A stretch of DNA of 63,754 nucleotides, filler included, from Atractiella rhizophila (GCA_021432655.1; 4 parts of 3 records of this genome joined end to end with filler, not necessarily neighbours in it); one strand, 5' to 3'; shown: positions 49,380-63,754, numbered from the whole stretch's first letter. Notes: generated by a model from the letters alone, not told the origin. Translations and numbers: made by a program.

Positions 49380-51481
49380 ATGTCCAACAACCAACAAACC
49401 TTCGATTTGGTCCTTAGAAAGCTATCTCAGCTCCGTCAAGAAGTTCAACCAATCTTTCACCTTCAACAAGAAGGAACGGAACGTCGCCCATCCGATTTGT
49501 TGCAGGGAGACATTGAAGAAGGTCTGTCTCCTGTCTCCCTCTTATTCCGAAGCTAGAGCTCACCTAATCTGCTTTAATGGGCAATCCAACAGCTCTCGCC
49601 ATGACGCCGTCTTCGAGCTGCACAGACGTAGTTTCCTGTTTCGACACGCCAGCATCATCACGCTCATTTTCGTTGCCTCCCACGCCGCATAAGGCGTCTA
49701 TGTCTGGGTCCTCAGAATCTACCTCTCCGGCTTCGGTCACGTCGCTCCTCTCGCCTTATCCCTATTCGAGTTCGATGCAAACGACCCCTGGTCCGAACTC
49801 CATCACGTCTTTCAGTAATCCGTACTCCTCCAACATCAAACCTGTTAGAGGTGTAACACTCCCTCATCCAGCCATATTTGGTTCTGATTATCGAGCTGTC
49901 GATTTGGAAAACTCGCCATCGACGTGGGAGCATGCGTCCAACGCTCTCACAGAGAACGGAGGAAGGAGTTTCGGTAACAATGTCTGGGCTCAAAGTAACG
50001 GCGAGAGGAGTAGGAAGAATAGCAACGAGATTTACGACGGCGATTACGGGGTCATTGGATCTATGACCGAGGGACAGAAGAGGAAGTTCGAGCTCGCACA
50101 GGCATTCCAGAGGAGGGAACTGATGGGAAAGTACGGTGATGCGAACGTTTATGACTACGGTCGACATGGTCTCCACGCAGAAGGCTTACATGGATCCCAA
50201 GCGAGGATTCCTTTGGCCTCAATCGACAATCTTCAACCTTTATTGCAGCCTCACATCCACCAACGACACTCGTTCCCTGTCATGCCTCAATCGTCTGGAA
50301 TGGTCTTTGGTTCTTCCTTGTCTCGTTTCTCAGAGCCTCAATTCCAGCTTCAGTCTTCTTCGGTCTCACATCTCCTTCCCGTTCCATCTCCTCAGATGTA
50401 TTCGCCAGCTCAGGCTCACCATTCTGCCTTATCCCAACCTAGCGGACGGACGACGTTCTACTCCTCGCCTCTGAATGAAAGCTACTTTCCGTCTTCGTCC
50501 TTTCAACCTCCTTCTTTCAATTCATCTGCATCTACCTCTCCTCAACCCACGGTCACCTTCAACAATTACGCACCGGTCAAGGTTCCCGCTCACGAGATGC
50601 CAGCTATGGGAACCGCGAGTACGGCCGCGACAGCCGAAAGGTATTCGAAGGAAATTCTGGAACTGCTTTCGGAGAAGGACCTTAATGCGCTGGCGGCGAA
50701 CCACGGTGGAAGAGCTCCCAACGTGGAGCAGATCAATCCTTTCCTCAAGGCTGAGAAGGAGCTCTCGATTAAGCAACCTAGCATCATCAACACAGGGAAT
50801 CAAGGGCCGATGGTCATGCAGCCAGGGGATTGGCACGTAAGTCTTTTCCAATTCCTCCTCTGTAGTACTCTACTAGAACAGACTCTAATTCTCGCTTTTT
50901 GATAAAACAGTGCGGAGTGTGCGGTTTCGTTAACTGGAGGAGGAGGAAGGTCTGTTTCCGATGCTTTCCCTTCGCTGGAGGAAACGATAAAGAGATTGGA
51001 GCGCTCATCGAACTCAACTCCAAGAAGGCAGCTCTCCTTGCCGCCGGTCATTCTCCTTCTTCGATCTCCGCTACTCTCCCTCCCCTAGGAGGTTTGGCAA
51101 AACATCACGTACCCCCCCATCACACTCCTCCTAAAGACGTTTGTCACTCCTCCCATTCCTATCGCTTCTCTATTGCATAGCATGCTGATTATTCGTTCAT
51201 CGGAACAGAGGAGAGTCAGATCTATCGCTATCACCGCACCAACGATCACGGATGGGAGCTCCAACGCCAAGGCGGACGAGCTGGAACTCCATCATCACCT
51301 TGCACAGATCGAGATGGCGCGCATCAAGAGGTCCCACACGCTTCCTAACGTCAATATCATGCAGAGCATGTGCGAACTCAGACTTCAAGACTGAACGACG
51401 GTGCATTCTTTTCTTCACGTAAGGTCTTCAAAACCAAGTCAACGAATATCGTGTGTCGAACGAACACTCACATCAAACTGA
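49380..51481 (+). CDS. Low-complexity protein with a RanBP2-type zinc finger (putative RNA binding); ends approximate
   Basis: MQPGDWH / CGVCGFVNWRRRKVCFRC across intron 50837-50910; upstream exon MSNNQQTF... splices in frame. Confidence 0.8.
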
Positions 51482-52513
51482 ATTATCGATGAAACCTCAA
51501 GCAAACTTATTAGCATCCAGTTTCCTCCTACTTATCACCATTATCTTATGTCGTCTCTTCGTTGGTCAAAAGATAAAAAGTTTGTCATCTATCCATACGT
51601 TTAAATGCCCTTCTTCTCTTTCGCAGAAGTTCGAAAGAGTGTTTCCCCCTCCAACAAACCTTCCCAATCTCCAATAACCTCGTCTTTCTATCTCTTCTCT
51701 CTCATATCCACACTACTACTGTTCTTCAAACCCGCTTTAAGAAGTAAACAAAACATTGTCTTAACTATTATGTGCCTCTCATAACCGCTATCACTTAGTG
51801 TTTGTCATGTCTTAACAACTCCTATCTGTCGCCTTTTCTTTCTATTTGTTTGATTTCTCTTCTCCGAGTCTCGTTTCAGTCAAGCTATCTATCGAATTGT
51901 CATTTTTAGCCTGTTGGTCTTCAAGTCAAAGTCTTTGTTTGTCTTCAGATCCATCCTTCCGTTATGATGTGGTTGTGGTATGTTGTTGGGGTTGAAGTCG
52001 AAGTCGAAGTCGAAGTTGTTTGGGTTTATGGTTTATAAGCAGCACGAGGAGTTGAACTGAGTTTTGATTACCCTTTTTGCTTCATCAAAACACTTGGTTT
52101 CACGGATGTGGAAGGAAGGATTTGGATGGAGGAAAGAGGAGAAAGGAGGCGCGGTTTACGACGAAGTTGATGAAGTTTTCGAGGAAAGTGGTTGAGGTTA
52201 ATTAAAGATGTTTTGTCCTTACCTGGTTTGTGGGGGTCAATGATGATGATGTTGCATATAGCTCCGCGCGCTCAGGTTTACCTACTCTCTCGCTAGCTCT
52301 CAGTAAATCCAATACCTATACAAAAATGTTACAAAAGAAATGATGCTGCATTCCAAGCCACTGGGAACTGAGCGCTCTTCGTAACCCGCAGTTAACTCAA
52401 TCTTAGAACTTGTCCGTTGAGCCTACCAGCTTCGCTGCAATTTCTCACTTCCGGTCCCTGTACGCCTGTTGCGATCCCCGACTACGTGGGTGTTTCTGAG
52501 CTATCAGGACAAC

Positions 52514-55500
52514 ATGTCTCTCTCAACGCCGACCGAATTTCCCTTCCCATTCACCCCATACGAAATCCAAGCGTCGCTCATGTCCTCTCTTTTCGGCACG
52601 CTCGAGTCTTCTCGTATAGGGATCTTTGGTACGTTTCTTTCCATTGTGCCAAAATTCGTCACTAAGATATGTGCGTGTAGAAAGCCCCACGGGCACAGGA
52701 AAGAGCCTTTCCCTCCTTACCAGCGCGCTGACCTGGCTGTCCATGCACTCACAACGCTCGCTGCATGCGGAATTGGACGCGATCATGTCCTCAAGTTCTG
52801 GCACAGGAGGTGCGGGAGGCGATGAGCCTGCTTGGGTGCGCGAGCAGGAGAGGGAACGGAGAAGGAGGGAAATTAAGAGAGAAGAGGACGAGCTGGAGGC
52901 TAGGTTGCGGGAATTGAGGGAGAAGAAGAAGGCGAAGGAGAACATGTTGGGTGTCAAAAAGCGGAAAAGAGGTGTTGAAGCGGAAAATGAGAGAACGGAA
53001 GAGAATTGGCTCCTCGAAGATAAGAGGGAGGACGCGATTGGAAGTGATGGTCTGAGTAATAAGGTCAGAGAGATGCTTCAAAAGTTCGTATATTCGCTTC
53101 CTTTCATGTCTCAGTATGTTGTAACGATGCATATGCTCACGATGGACTGATGGCAGGCAAAACGCGGAGCTTTTCTCAGATTCTAGCGCAAAGAATAAAT
53201 GGTTCACCGACCCCAAGACGGCACATTACGCTCCAAATGGGAGACTGCTCGTTTCTAAGGCATGCCAATTCATGCATCGTTCCAATTGCCGTGAATAACA
53301 GCAATTGAAGGTCTACCTTGCCTCCCGCACCCATTCGCAGCTCTCTCAAATGCTTCAAGAGCTGTCAAAAACGCACTTTCCCGAACAAGGACTTAGAGTA
53401 CTCGCATTGGGGAGTAGGAAACACCTTTGCGTTCATGAGGGTGTGAGGGATAGGGAGGATGTGAACGAAGTCTGTTTGGAGATGCAACGCGGTCTGTCTT
53501 TCACTCTCATCTTGCCCGCATCGCCACAAAGCAGCACTAAACTAACGGGATAGGTATGGCTCTTGCTCTTTGAGGTTTGGGCTGGAGAAATTGATGTCAA
53601 ATTTCTTCACGTTTACCAGCGGGAAACAAACGATGTCCTTATCTTCCAAAGATAGACGACCCAACTGACCCTCTGCTTGCATTCGCCGACGAAGCTTTTG
53701 TACGTCCTATTTGCCCAATCTTCCAACTTGACAATTCCAACTAGGCAACACCGCACGACATTGAGTCCCTCTTAGCACTCGGACAGGCACATAAACTCTG
53801 TTCTTACTACGGTGCGCGCAGAGCACTCCCCTTTGCCCAGCTCGTACTGCTTCCCTATCCCTTGCTACTGTCAGCAGAAGCAAGGGACTCTCTTGGTATC
53901 CCCCTGGATAAAGATGGGACGTGCGTGGTGATCGACGAGGCACATAACTTGCTCCCAACTTTGTTGCAGATGCATAGCGTCTCCATGGGCGCGCACCAGA
54001 TAGGGCTAATCGGGACGGCGACAGCAACATACGTTGCGAAGTGGGGGAGGAGGATGAAGGGGACCAATGAGGAGAAAATCAAGTCAGTCCTACCCTGTTG
54101 TCATTCTTTATCTCGAGAACACTGGCAGATCTTACTCTGCAGGACTCTGGAGGTTGTCATTCGGAGACTGCAGCAGTGGATGACAAAGGAGAAAGCCAGC
54201 GATGCGAAAGAACAGATTTGGAAAGTGGCGGAGGCGGTGGAAGAGATGAGGTTGCAGAATGTCGACCTTGGTTCTTTGAACCAATGGATGACCGATGCGA
54301 AAGTTGTACGCAAGGTATGTCTTTCAGTCGCCTCCGTCAGAGCAAGCTCAGCGCTATAACACCTACACAGATCGGAGGTTACGCAGATCTGTTGTCCTCT
54401 GAAGCTGCAGCTGAAGGGATAGAAAGCAAAAAGCGGAAACGAGGAGAAGAGCGGGTGCGAGCCCATACGGAAGCCAGTCGAGCTTTCTTCGCCCTCCAAT
54501 CTTTCTTGAGAGCGCTATCGAACCCTTCGAAGGATGGGAGGATCATCATTGGTGAAGAAGGAGGGACGAGGAAGATTAAATACCTCCTACTTAATCCTGC
54601 CGGCGTGTTCAGAGATGTGGTGGAGGAAACACGCTCGGTTGTACTCGCTGGAGGGACGATGCATCCCGTAAGCTTATTTTTGATACATTCTCCACGCGTG
54701 GAAGGTAGACTAATGTTAAGTAGACGGAAGAAGTCATCCATCAGATCTTTCCCAGAAAAGATGTTCAAGTCTTCGCATATGATCACATCGTCCCGAACCA
54801 GCATCTGTGTGTTCGAACGATCGGAAAGGGTCCGAAAGGGGAGAGAATGGCGTTTACATACGAGAAAAGGAACGATGGCAATCTCGTCTGTCCACTCACA
54901 CTCTCTGCTCAACACTATTAGTGACTGATACGATGTGGTGATATGTGATGTTGCAGATGGACGAACTGGGACGGACGATAATCAATATTGGAAACCTTGT
55001 TAAAGAGGGAGTTGTAGTCTTTTTTCCTAGCTATGACTTCCTGAAGAAAGTCAAGAAGAGGTGGATGGAGAGCGGGATATGGGCTAGACTGGAGGGTAAG
55101 AAGAAGGTGAGTTCGATCCTCATTGCGATCCGATACTCGCAACCTGAAATCGTCCACGTCCAACATCAGGTTTTCGAAGAGCCGAAGAACGGGAACGAGG
55201 TCGACGCGGTCTTGGCCGGCTACGCAGAGTGTGTCAAACAAGTGCGTATTTGCTCGGCAACCCTGATCCGATCCATCAGTGTTCTGACGGAATGGAATTT
55301 GGTAGAAACAAGGAGTAATCATGTTTGCGGTCGTCGGCGCGAAGCTTTCAGAGGGCATCAACTTCTCTGACGACCTCGCGCGGACGGTGGTCGTGTGCGG
55401 GATTCCTTATCCCAACGCGAACTCTCCTGAGCTGAACGAACGGATAAAATATGTGAACGAGCTCAATGGAGGAGAAGAGGCTGGGAGACAACTTTGTACG

Positions 55501-55883
55501 TCTAACTTCTTCCTTCAGTGCAGAAAGGTGATTGTGTGATATAGATCAAAATATCGCGTTTAAAGCGGTAAATCAGTCTATAGGTGCGTTTTTCCCATCT
55601 TATATGGAGGAGGTATGAATTCACAAAGACAAATAGGACGTGCAATTCGTAAGCGTGGCATATCTCGCTTGACTTGACTGCTGATGGAAGATGATTTTCA
55701 GGCCACGCAAACGATTGGGCATCAATCATCCTGATCGATGAACGGTATAGCTCGAAAGCAGTAAAGTCTAAGCTGCCGGGATGGCTCGGGGGACAGTCCA
55801 TCAAGACGTGCGAGTCGTTTGGCGAGCTTGTTCGAGACTTGGCTGGATTCTTGAAGGAACGTCGACGGACATCGAATTCTTAA
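52514..55883 (+). CDS. CHL1: Fe-S DEAH DNA helicase Chl1/DDX11
   Basis: FPFTPYEIQ, ESPTGTGKSLSLL, SRTHSQLSQ, VVIDEAHNL, LAGGTMHP, VVVFFPSY, VVGAKLSEGINFSDDLAR, NQSI-GRAIR-HAND. Confidence 0.95.
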
Positions 55884-56147
55884 CTGCTTTCTTTGTATAC
55901 CTTTCCTTTATTCCATATTCTTGTTTAGTGATGATGCCATATTGATATTTCTTGTTCACGGAATCTTGCTCAACCATTTGCTGCGTAAGCGACAATTGCT
56001 TGGCTCAATTAACATTCGGTGAATTATCCGACAGTCGGGTGTCTGCGCCGATGACAAATACGTGCATACATCCATTCATCAACGTTTTCACGGTTCCCCT
56101 AAATATAATCTCCACATCGACCTGGCCTCATTCCCCAGGTCAGCAGC

Positions 56148-59100
56148 ATGCCTCCGCCCGACCGTCCCCATACGCCACTATCAGCCTCGTCGCGGAACTC
56201 TTCGCCGTCGCTCCTCAAGCTGACGCTGCCGCTGCCCCGCCCTTTTCATCCGAAACAGAGCTCTGTGTTCAGCACGAGCAGCGCCATCTCCCGGGGGAGC
56301 ATACGCAGTGGGCGGAGCGGGAGGGAGGTGTGGGAGACGCCGACGGAGGAGAGGGAGAATATGTTCGATGAGCTCCCGCTCGAGGAGAGTGTGTCGTTCG
56401 ATGTGCCTGTGCCTCCTGAGAGCCAAACAAGCACGTCACAGTCTCAGGTGTGTATTCTTGTTGTAATTTTAGTTCAGACTATGTGGATGGTCTATTTGTG
56501 TAGGATGGATGTTGACGGTGTGATGTGATAGGAGACACACAAGGACGGTTTGGGTTTGATCAACATTAATGGTGTTCATCCACCGTCGCTGAAGGAAAAA
56601 GAAGACGAAGATGTCACAGCAAAGCACGCACCAGCTCCTTCCCTCCCTCTCCCTCTTTTACAACACGCGAAAGACACAACAACGTCCACCTCCACGTCCC
56701 TACAAGCAACTCGAGGCAACATCACGCACGAACCGCTCTCCGCCGAACCCGAAGCTCTATCTTCCTCGTCCCTTGCAACGCCTTCCCTCTCCCACCCGCG
56801 CTCGCACACAGTAGGGGGAGGATCAACGAGCCTCTCCCAGCTCGCAGCTTCGCTCCAGCCGCACGCCCACTCCCAACACGCCCACTTCGACGATCCATCC
56901 TCCCCCTCCCCCTCTCACTCCCGCCCGCATCCCCACATCTCCCACTCAGATCCGCACCACCGACTCCATCCCGCCGCCCAACGCCATCCAGACCCTTCCA
57001 CCTCCACCGCCCACTCGCACTCTCACTTCCCAACCCACTCCCACCAACACTCGCCGTCCGGCCAAATCCTCGGCGGCGTGTGTCCCTCCACCGCCATAGC
57101 ACGCACCTTCATAGGTCCTCACATCGTCCGTCTGCGGTCAAACAATCCCAATAATAACCTAGCGTCGACACTGAGCGGCGGGTTCTCTCAGGGAAGCTCG
57201 CAGGGAAACTCGGGAAGTTCGCGGCCTGGCTTACATAATAGGTTCACGAGCGACGTGCCGTCCATTGGTGGTGGTGGACATGCGGGGAGGGAGGTTAGTG
57301 GATTTGAGGAGTGGGAAGATATGGGGGCTAGCTTCACTGCTGCTGTTAATGGGCCTGCTGTTGGAACGGGAGGGCTTGGGGGGACGTTGGGTTTGGGCGG
57401 ATTCGGCGGTGGGGGTGGAGCGGGACAGGGGAGGAGGAGGAAGAGAGCGATGTGGGAGGGTGTGAGTTATGAGATTGGAGGGAGGGAGAGGGAGTGGGAG
57501 AGGTTCGAGGTGGAGAAGATGGAGAGAGAGAGATTGTTGAGGTGAGTGGATTTGTTGAGAGATTTAGGATTTGGATTGTTTCTTCTTTTTGAGCAGAAGA
57601 GAGAGGACGCGAAATAAGGAAGCGTTGTGGTGCTTCTGCTCTGTTGTCTATCTATCTCATAATTAGCAGCGAAAGGTTGCCTTTGTGCTCTATACGACAA
57701 TAGGGGCGTTACACCAATTCACATTCAAGCCGCCAGCCTTTTCGCCTCGTTATGGACCCAGAGATAGTTTTGCCTTGCCCTTAATAAAACAAGGGGTAGT
57801 TGGGACATCGGGAAAGCCTTGTGTGGGGAGGGAGGTGCAAATTGATTAATTTTGTGACTGATTCTTTACGTCAGTATGTGCGTTAGGAGGGGAGAATATA
57901 TTTCAATTTTCACCCCGTGTTGTGCTACTGCTGTGCAAAGAGGCGGAAACCACAAGCAGCGAAACCGTCGATAAGATTTACACTGTTGCGTTTGCTGACA
58001 TTAGAACCTTACAGCTCACACTCGTATTCCTTGAATGTTACCCATCCATCTCGCGTCGGTTCCTCCCACTCACATTCTCACTCGAACCAACCAGTCAACC
58101 TCCAAGCTTCGAACTCGACCGGCGCGACAACGCACCTATCCCACCTCTCCCATCACTCCGGTATGGCACTCCTATCCGACTCTTCGTCTACCTCGTCTCC
58201 GATCAAGACCCGCAAATCCTACCATTCTCCTCGGCTCCCCAGCACGAATTCGATCCTCTCTCGGTTTCGGAGCAGCTCGACTTCTCGTGAGAGGGAGAGG
58301 GAGAGGGAGAGTAGAGGGAAAGGAAAGGAAAGGTCGATGGATGGGGAGCCATCCGTCTATTATACTCCAGGAGACTTTAGCCTCGCCTCTCCTCCTGCTT
58401 TGTTGGAGAACGAGTATCCCGACCGCATACACGAGCTGTTGAGGACTAAAAGCGATAAGCCTTCGGCCACTGCTTCTGAAACGGAAGTGGAGCTTGATCG
58501 GCCGCACCAGGAGACAGGGGATGATGGGAAGGCTTTGAGTATCGCAGAGGGGGAGAAGTTTGAGCCGACTCGGAATAGTCTGCCTTCTCGGAGCGCCCTT
58601 AGGAAGATGAACATCGCTGGGCGGAATGAGGAGAAACTTAAGATCGTGCAGTTCGTGCACACCGAGCCTCCGAAGAAGGATAGAGGAAGGGAGAGGTCGG
58701 GAAGCGGAAGTAATACCGGAGCTTCTTCGAGTCGGGCTGGACAGCAGAGAACGTCGTGGTCCAAATTTGTAGTCAGTGGAGATCAGCCGCCGGCCAGTCC
58801 TGAACAAGTGTTGGCGAGGAGTACGGAGCAGGAGTTGATGGATTTCGTGCAACCTGATCCCGTTGAGAGGAGGAGAGTGGCGACTGAGAAGAATAGGCAG
58901 AGGATGATTATGCACGATCGAATGCTCGTCAAAGTCGAATGGACGATTCAGTCCCTCCCTCCAGGTTATAATGAGACCATAGCCTTGGGTATCAAAAAGG
59001 ACACCGAGCCTTGGGAGGAGTTTGCAGTCGTGTGGAAGAGGGGAAAGATCGAGTTATGGGTCGATTATAAGATCCCACTCAGGGAGTCATTTTCGGGTCA

Positions 59101-59643
59101 TAAGAGGCTTAAGCACGTTATTCCAATCAAGCCCGGGAAGACAAGGCTATCATTATACAGCTTCACTGATCGGATCTTTTGCCTCTATTTCGAGCCGACG
59201 GAGGTGTTCTCGAGAAATTCAGGCAAAGCTCAGAAGAGAGGGATCTTTCATTGGCGTCACGAAGGGACCAACATCTTCCTCTTTCGAGCTAGATGCCCCT
59301 CGATTGGGTCGGATTGGCTCTGGCAACTCTTCCTCGAGCTCGGAGGAAAGATTCCAGAGACACTCGAACTCAATATCTCCTCACTCGACATCACCGTTCG
59401 GTTCCCCATTCCGGAACTGGCGAGAGAAGGGGCGGCGGATTTTGACCCGGATGGTCAAACCGTCGGACAGATGTATGGGAAAGGATTGAAATTTTTCACT
59501 GTCCAGAATCTGATCGACCATTCGACGAGACTGTTGGAGGGCTATTCGGAATTTTCAAACTTAGTTGAGGAGAGAAGGAAGAAGGGAGGGGTACTTGCTC
59601 TCGCTTGGAGGAGGGGGCAGTTGCTTGATTGGGTGTCGGAAGA
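56148..59643 (+). CDS. Spo71/Mug56-like PH-domain protein; 3' end lost in gap
   Basis: RTFIGP N-terminal motif; DRMLVKVEWT, WEEFAVVW, LSLYSFTDRIFCL, IFLFRARC...DWLW PH-like region; introns near 56448-56531 and at 57542-58014; family call from recalled motifs. Confidence 0.68.
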
Positions 59644-59743
59644 NNNNNNNNNNNNNNNNNNNNNNNNNNNNNNNNNNNNNNNNNNNNTTAATTAATTAAN
59701 NNNNNNNNNNNNNNNNNNNNNNNNNNNNNNNNNNNNNNNNNNN
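59644..59743. other. Artificial 100-nt contig spacer
   Basis: 44 N + TTAATTAATTAA + 44 N. Confidence 0.97.
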
Positions 59744-60602
59744 ATCATCACGGTCACCTCGTTCGAAACCCTTGAGCAATCCATGACTATCGCTCCAATG
59801 CTCGCTCAACATCATCTCGAGTGTGGCCCAACTCGATGGCCGGCATAATGCCAGAACCGAGGGATACAAGACAGGCGATCTCAATATTGGATCCCCAAAT
59901 TCCCTTCGCTTCTTCAGGTATCGCTGTAGGATTGTCGCGAGCTACGTTAACGTAACCAGTGGAATCCATGTTGATGGGAGGAAAGAAGGGAGGACAGGCA
60001 GCGGTCGTTCTGCACCTTCCCAAACCTTATGAGTGGAAGCAGGGAATACTGGCGAGGATGCTGCATCGTAGAGGCGCATCTCCGTGGAAACGGCGACATT
60101 GGCCTCGTAGGTAGAAAAGACAACATTTTCGCATCTGTCTTGCACAGAATCATCTTTCACAGATAGTGATTTAGCAGAATCGTGAGAAGAGTTCGTATGC
60201 CGCTGGATGGTAGCGATGAAAATTTCTTCAAGCTTTTCCACCGAGTAAACGTATTCGCCACTGGAGATGGAGTCGTTTTCTACAAAGACTTTCTGTGTAA
60301 TCTGTTCATATGCCGCAATGGATTAGCGAAAGGTCATTTCCCAGCCTTCCAAGCATAAGCGCGATCCATCCGCCAGTGGAAGTTTCACAAATGAGGTCAA
60401 ATATATCGCAAGGACGAAGGTCCTCGCCTTCCGGCACGTTGAGAAGTTGTGCAGCGTGAAGCATGATCTGTTCCAGCATGTACGGAGCGGAAAAGGAACG
60501 AATGCCTCCATCATCGATGCAAAGGATCCGCAATCCCTTAGGATTCACTTTCTTGATGTTCTTGGAGATTTTAAAGATCTTGCTAGGAAAGTCAGTAGAC
60601 AT
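59744..60602 (-). pseudogene. Degenerate patatin-like phospholipase
   Basis: LRILCIDDGGIRS (cf. DGGGxRG), RPCDIFDLICETSTGG (cf. GTSTG), frameshift between KVWEG and RTTAACPPFF, no DGG motif, CLVSLGSG retained. Confidence 0.8.
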
Positions 60603-61255
60603 GGAGGCGAAAGCAATGGATTGGATTGGATTGGATGGCGTTGACGAAGTAGACGGTTGGTGTTGGTAGTATTTATTGTGCAGATTTGAGAGAAGAAAAG
60701 ATGCGAGGTTAGATTGTTCTAACATCAGGCTCTCAGACTCCCTCGGTGAGTTACGCATGCAGATTCATCATAGATCAAGCGTCTATGGTTGCCCTTGCGG
60801 ACCAATCAACAACGTAGAGATCTCGCTCCCCAACCAAGCTGCTTTGCAGTTCAGCTCTTCATCGGCCCTGTCACAGGTAGCACTGATATTCCTCTTAGGA
60901 ATATGTATGGAGCCTGCCTGGGAAACCACCCCAGCAGCGTAATTGAAGGAAGATAACCTCAGGAATGAAAAATTAGGCCTCCTCATCTCAAGTATTCGAT
61001 GGAAAGTTTAACAGCAGTTGAGGATATACATCGATCCTACCTCTGCACCATTTCCTGCACAAAAATCACGGAAACTGCTGACTGTTGAGAATAAACCGAA
61101 TGGTCTGTCCTAATCTCCCTCAGAATTGCGCTCGCCCTACACGGCGATATCGAAGTGACGACTTCTTTGTTCATGAAACTGTTTGACTCTTGCACTAGAC
61201 CAGACTCGACCAGACACTGGTTCTCCGTTCATGATAAGATGGGCATGTACGGGTT

Positions 61256-61446
61256 GGCTTCCTACGGAGCCGAAGCGGTCGGCTCGATTCTCGCACTGAG
61301 CTGTTCAGCAGCTTAGTAGTCTAGAACCAGCGCTCTATGCCCCTACCACTTGTTGATTCATTCCGACAATGGTAGGTCGAGTTGAAGTCGAAAGTGCCAA
61401 CAAGTAGTTAAATATCAAGCCGACCGCTTCGGCTCCGTAGGAAACC
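61256..61446. mobile_element. MITE-like element with 33-bp terminal inverted repeats
   Basis: ggcttcctacggagccgaagcggtcggctcgat (61256-61288) matches the reverse complement of 61414-61446 with 2 mismatches and a perfect 26-bp core; non-coding interior. Confidence 0.65.
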
Positions 61447-61491
61447 TTCGTTGTGGCATCCCAAAACTACATCTGCACCGTCCTGGACAAA

Positions 61492-62445
<954 letters not shown>

Positions 62446-62476
62446 GTGGAATTAAGACTTAGTCAATATCAACAGG

Positions 62477-62576
62477 NNNNNNNNNNNNNNNNNNNNNNNN
62501 NNNNNNNNNNNNNNNNNNNNTTAATTAATTAANNNNNNNNNNNNNNNNNNNNNNNNNNNNNNNNNNNNNNNNNNNN
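62477..62576. other. Artificial 100-nt contig spacer
   Basis: 44 N + TTAATTAATTAA + 44 N. Confidence 0.97.
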
Positions 62577-62650
62577 TTTGGTGGGGATTGGGCGGAGGGC
62601 AGGAGGGGAGTCGTTTCTGAGTCTTCTCCTTGAACGCGTTGTGAGTCCAT
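62577..62650 (-). CDS. 5' end of a gene cut by the gap, possibly a membrane transporter
   Basis: MDSQRVQGEDSETTPLLPSAQSPP; acidic-dileucine ETTPLL motif typical of fungal vacuolar/MFS transporter N-termini. Confidence 0.4.
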
Positions 62651-63754
62651 GATACCTTAGCTGCAGCTATTGTAGCAACTTGAACTCAGGCGACTTTGGA
62701 GCAACCAATCCTAATTTGCAAATCTTCGGAGAAGACGGAGTTCGGTGGATGAAACCAACGACGACTTTCACCAAACTTTCCCCTCAGCTGTTGGCAGCTT
62801 ACGAACAACTGGGACCATACAATTTTAGGGTGATAATGGGTGATAATGGGTGAAGCTGACCCAAGAGATGAAACTACGAAAAAGTGAACGGGGGCAGAGA
62901 TTAAAAGGTGGGAGTTGCTCCATTACGTATAATGGTGAAGGCGTTCTGTTCGGGGAAAGCGCTGTTGGTATCGGCAGACGTGTTGTAGCTTATGTAAAGG
63001 AGGGCATGATTCTAGCGACTTATGATCACTGATCAGCAATATGAAGGAGTCTGGCGGATCATTATCCTGACGCATATGCACCGTTCCTCCCTCTCAAAGA
63101 ATGAGGCGAGACAACTCGTGAGCTCTTTTAGGCGAACTCCATTCACCAATACTTGCCACAAAAGCGAAGCAGCTACATTTCGTTACCTTTTCAAGTCGTG
63201 ATTGAAGCCCTGTTCTCGAAGCCCAACTAAAACATGGAGCGAGAAGCTGACAGCTTATCTAAATATCAAATCAGCAATCGGCTACCCACTCACTAACATC
63301 ACATAAACTCCTTCCACAATATGTGGCCCCCATCTCATGACTGGAAATGATGTTTAGCCCTCAATTCACGCCTACAGAGTGTTCCGAGAGCCATATCCTT
63401 TGTAAACAAGAAGATTGTGGGCATTCAATCAGCGCCCGTCCACTCTCTCTTCGTCCTCTCCGAAATCGCCAAAACAGCGGCGTCCTCCCTCATTCCCTCC
63501 AGTGACAGTTTGTTTGGAGTTGCAATCCAAGCATCATTATTGCACATTTCCTGGACAAGCTAGTCATATAACAGGATTTGAACTTCGGATAAAGCAGTTG
63601 ACCGATCACTTTGTGGGCTACTTAAAACTGGATATTTAAACGAACCACAAGGTCGTTTGCAAGTTCTGTCACATCCGCGAGCACCCCACCGACATCCACC
63701 TTAACTCCTAGTCATATAATCCCTGGCTCACTTTCTCTGTGAGACTAAGTTTAA

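Noticed and set aside
51994..52016. (gaagtc)n short repeat; also gggtgataat repeats near 62828
   Set aside because: Ordinary short tandem repeats of 3-4 units; not telomeric or CRISPR-like

Overview
Gene-dense, intron-rich fungal scaffold with ~50-60 nt GT-AG introns; basidiomycete-like by inference. About 22 protein-coding loci: MFS transporter 3' end, a 1023-aa protein ending in a Mim1/Tom13 domain, a secreted zinc deaminase, GH53 galactanase, three F-box/LRR-like genes, RPB2, FAB1/PIKfyve, carnitine acetyltransferase, an alpha/beta hydrolase, ChaC, a metallophosphoesterase-MABP fusion, a membrane protein, a Cys-GST, a second metallophosphoesterase, a RanBP2 zinc-finger protein, CHL1, SPO71-like, a patatin pseudogene and PLPBP/YggS. 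The most striking signal is a ~2.04 kb block (about 23943-25980) that is mirror-reversed, i.e. reversed without complementing, so six-frame translation misses it. Read backwards it encodes the missing FAB1 kinase C-lobe. Read as the plain complement it encodes the catalytic half of carnitine acetyltransferase ending in the PTS1 signal AKL. This is almost certainly an assembly or data-handling error, not biology. Other likely assembly effects are two diverged head-to-tail duplications (1540 bp and ~1 kb), an exact 96-bp duplication in FAB1 and artificial TTAATTAATTAA spacers. The best biological candidates are the giant Mim1-domain protein with 26-aa repeats, the phosphoesterase-MABP fusion, a structured long intron in RPB2 and a MITE-like element upstream of PLPBP. 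All calls come from manual motif reading; no searches were run.
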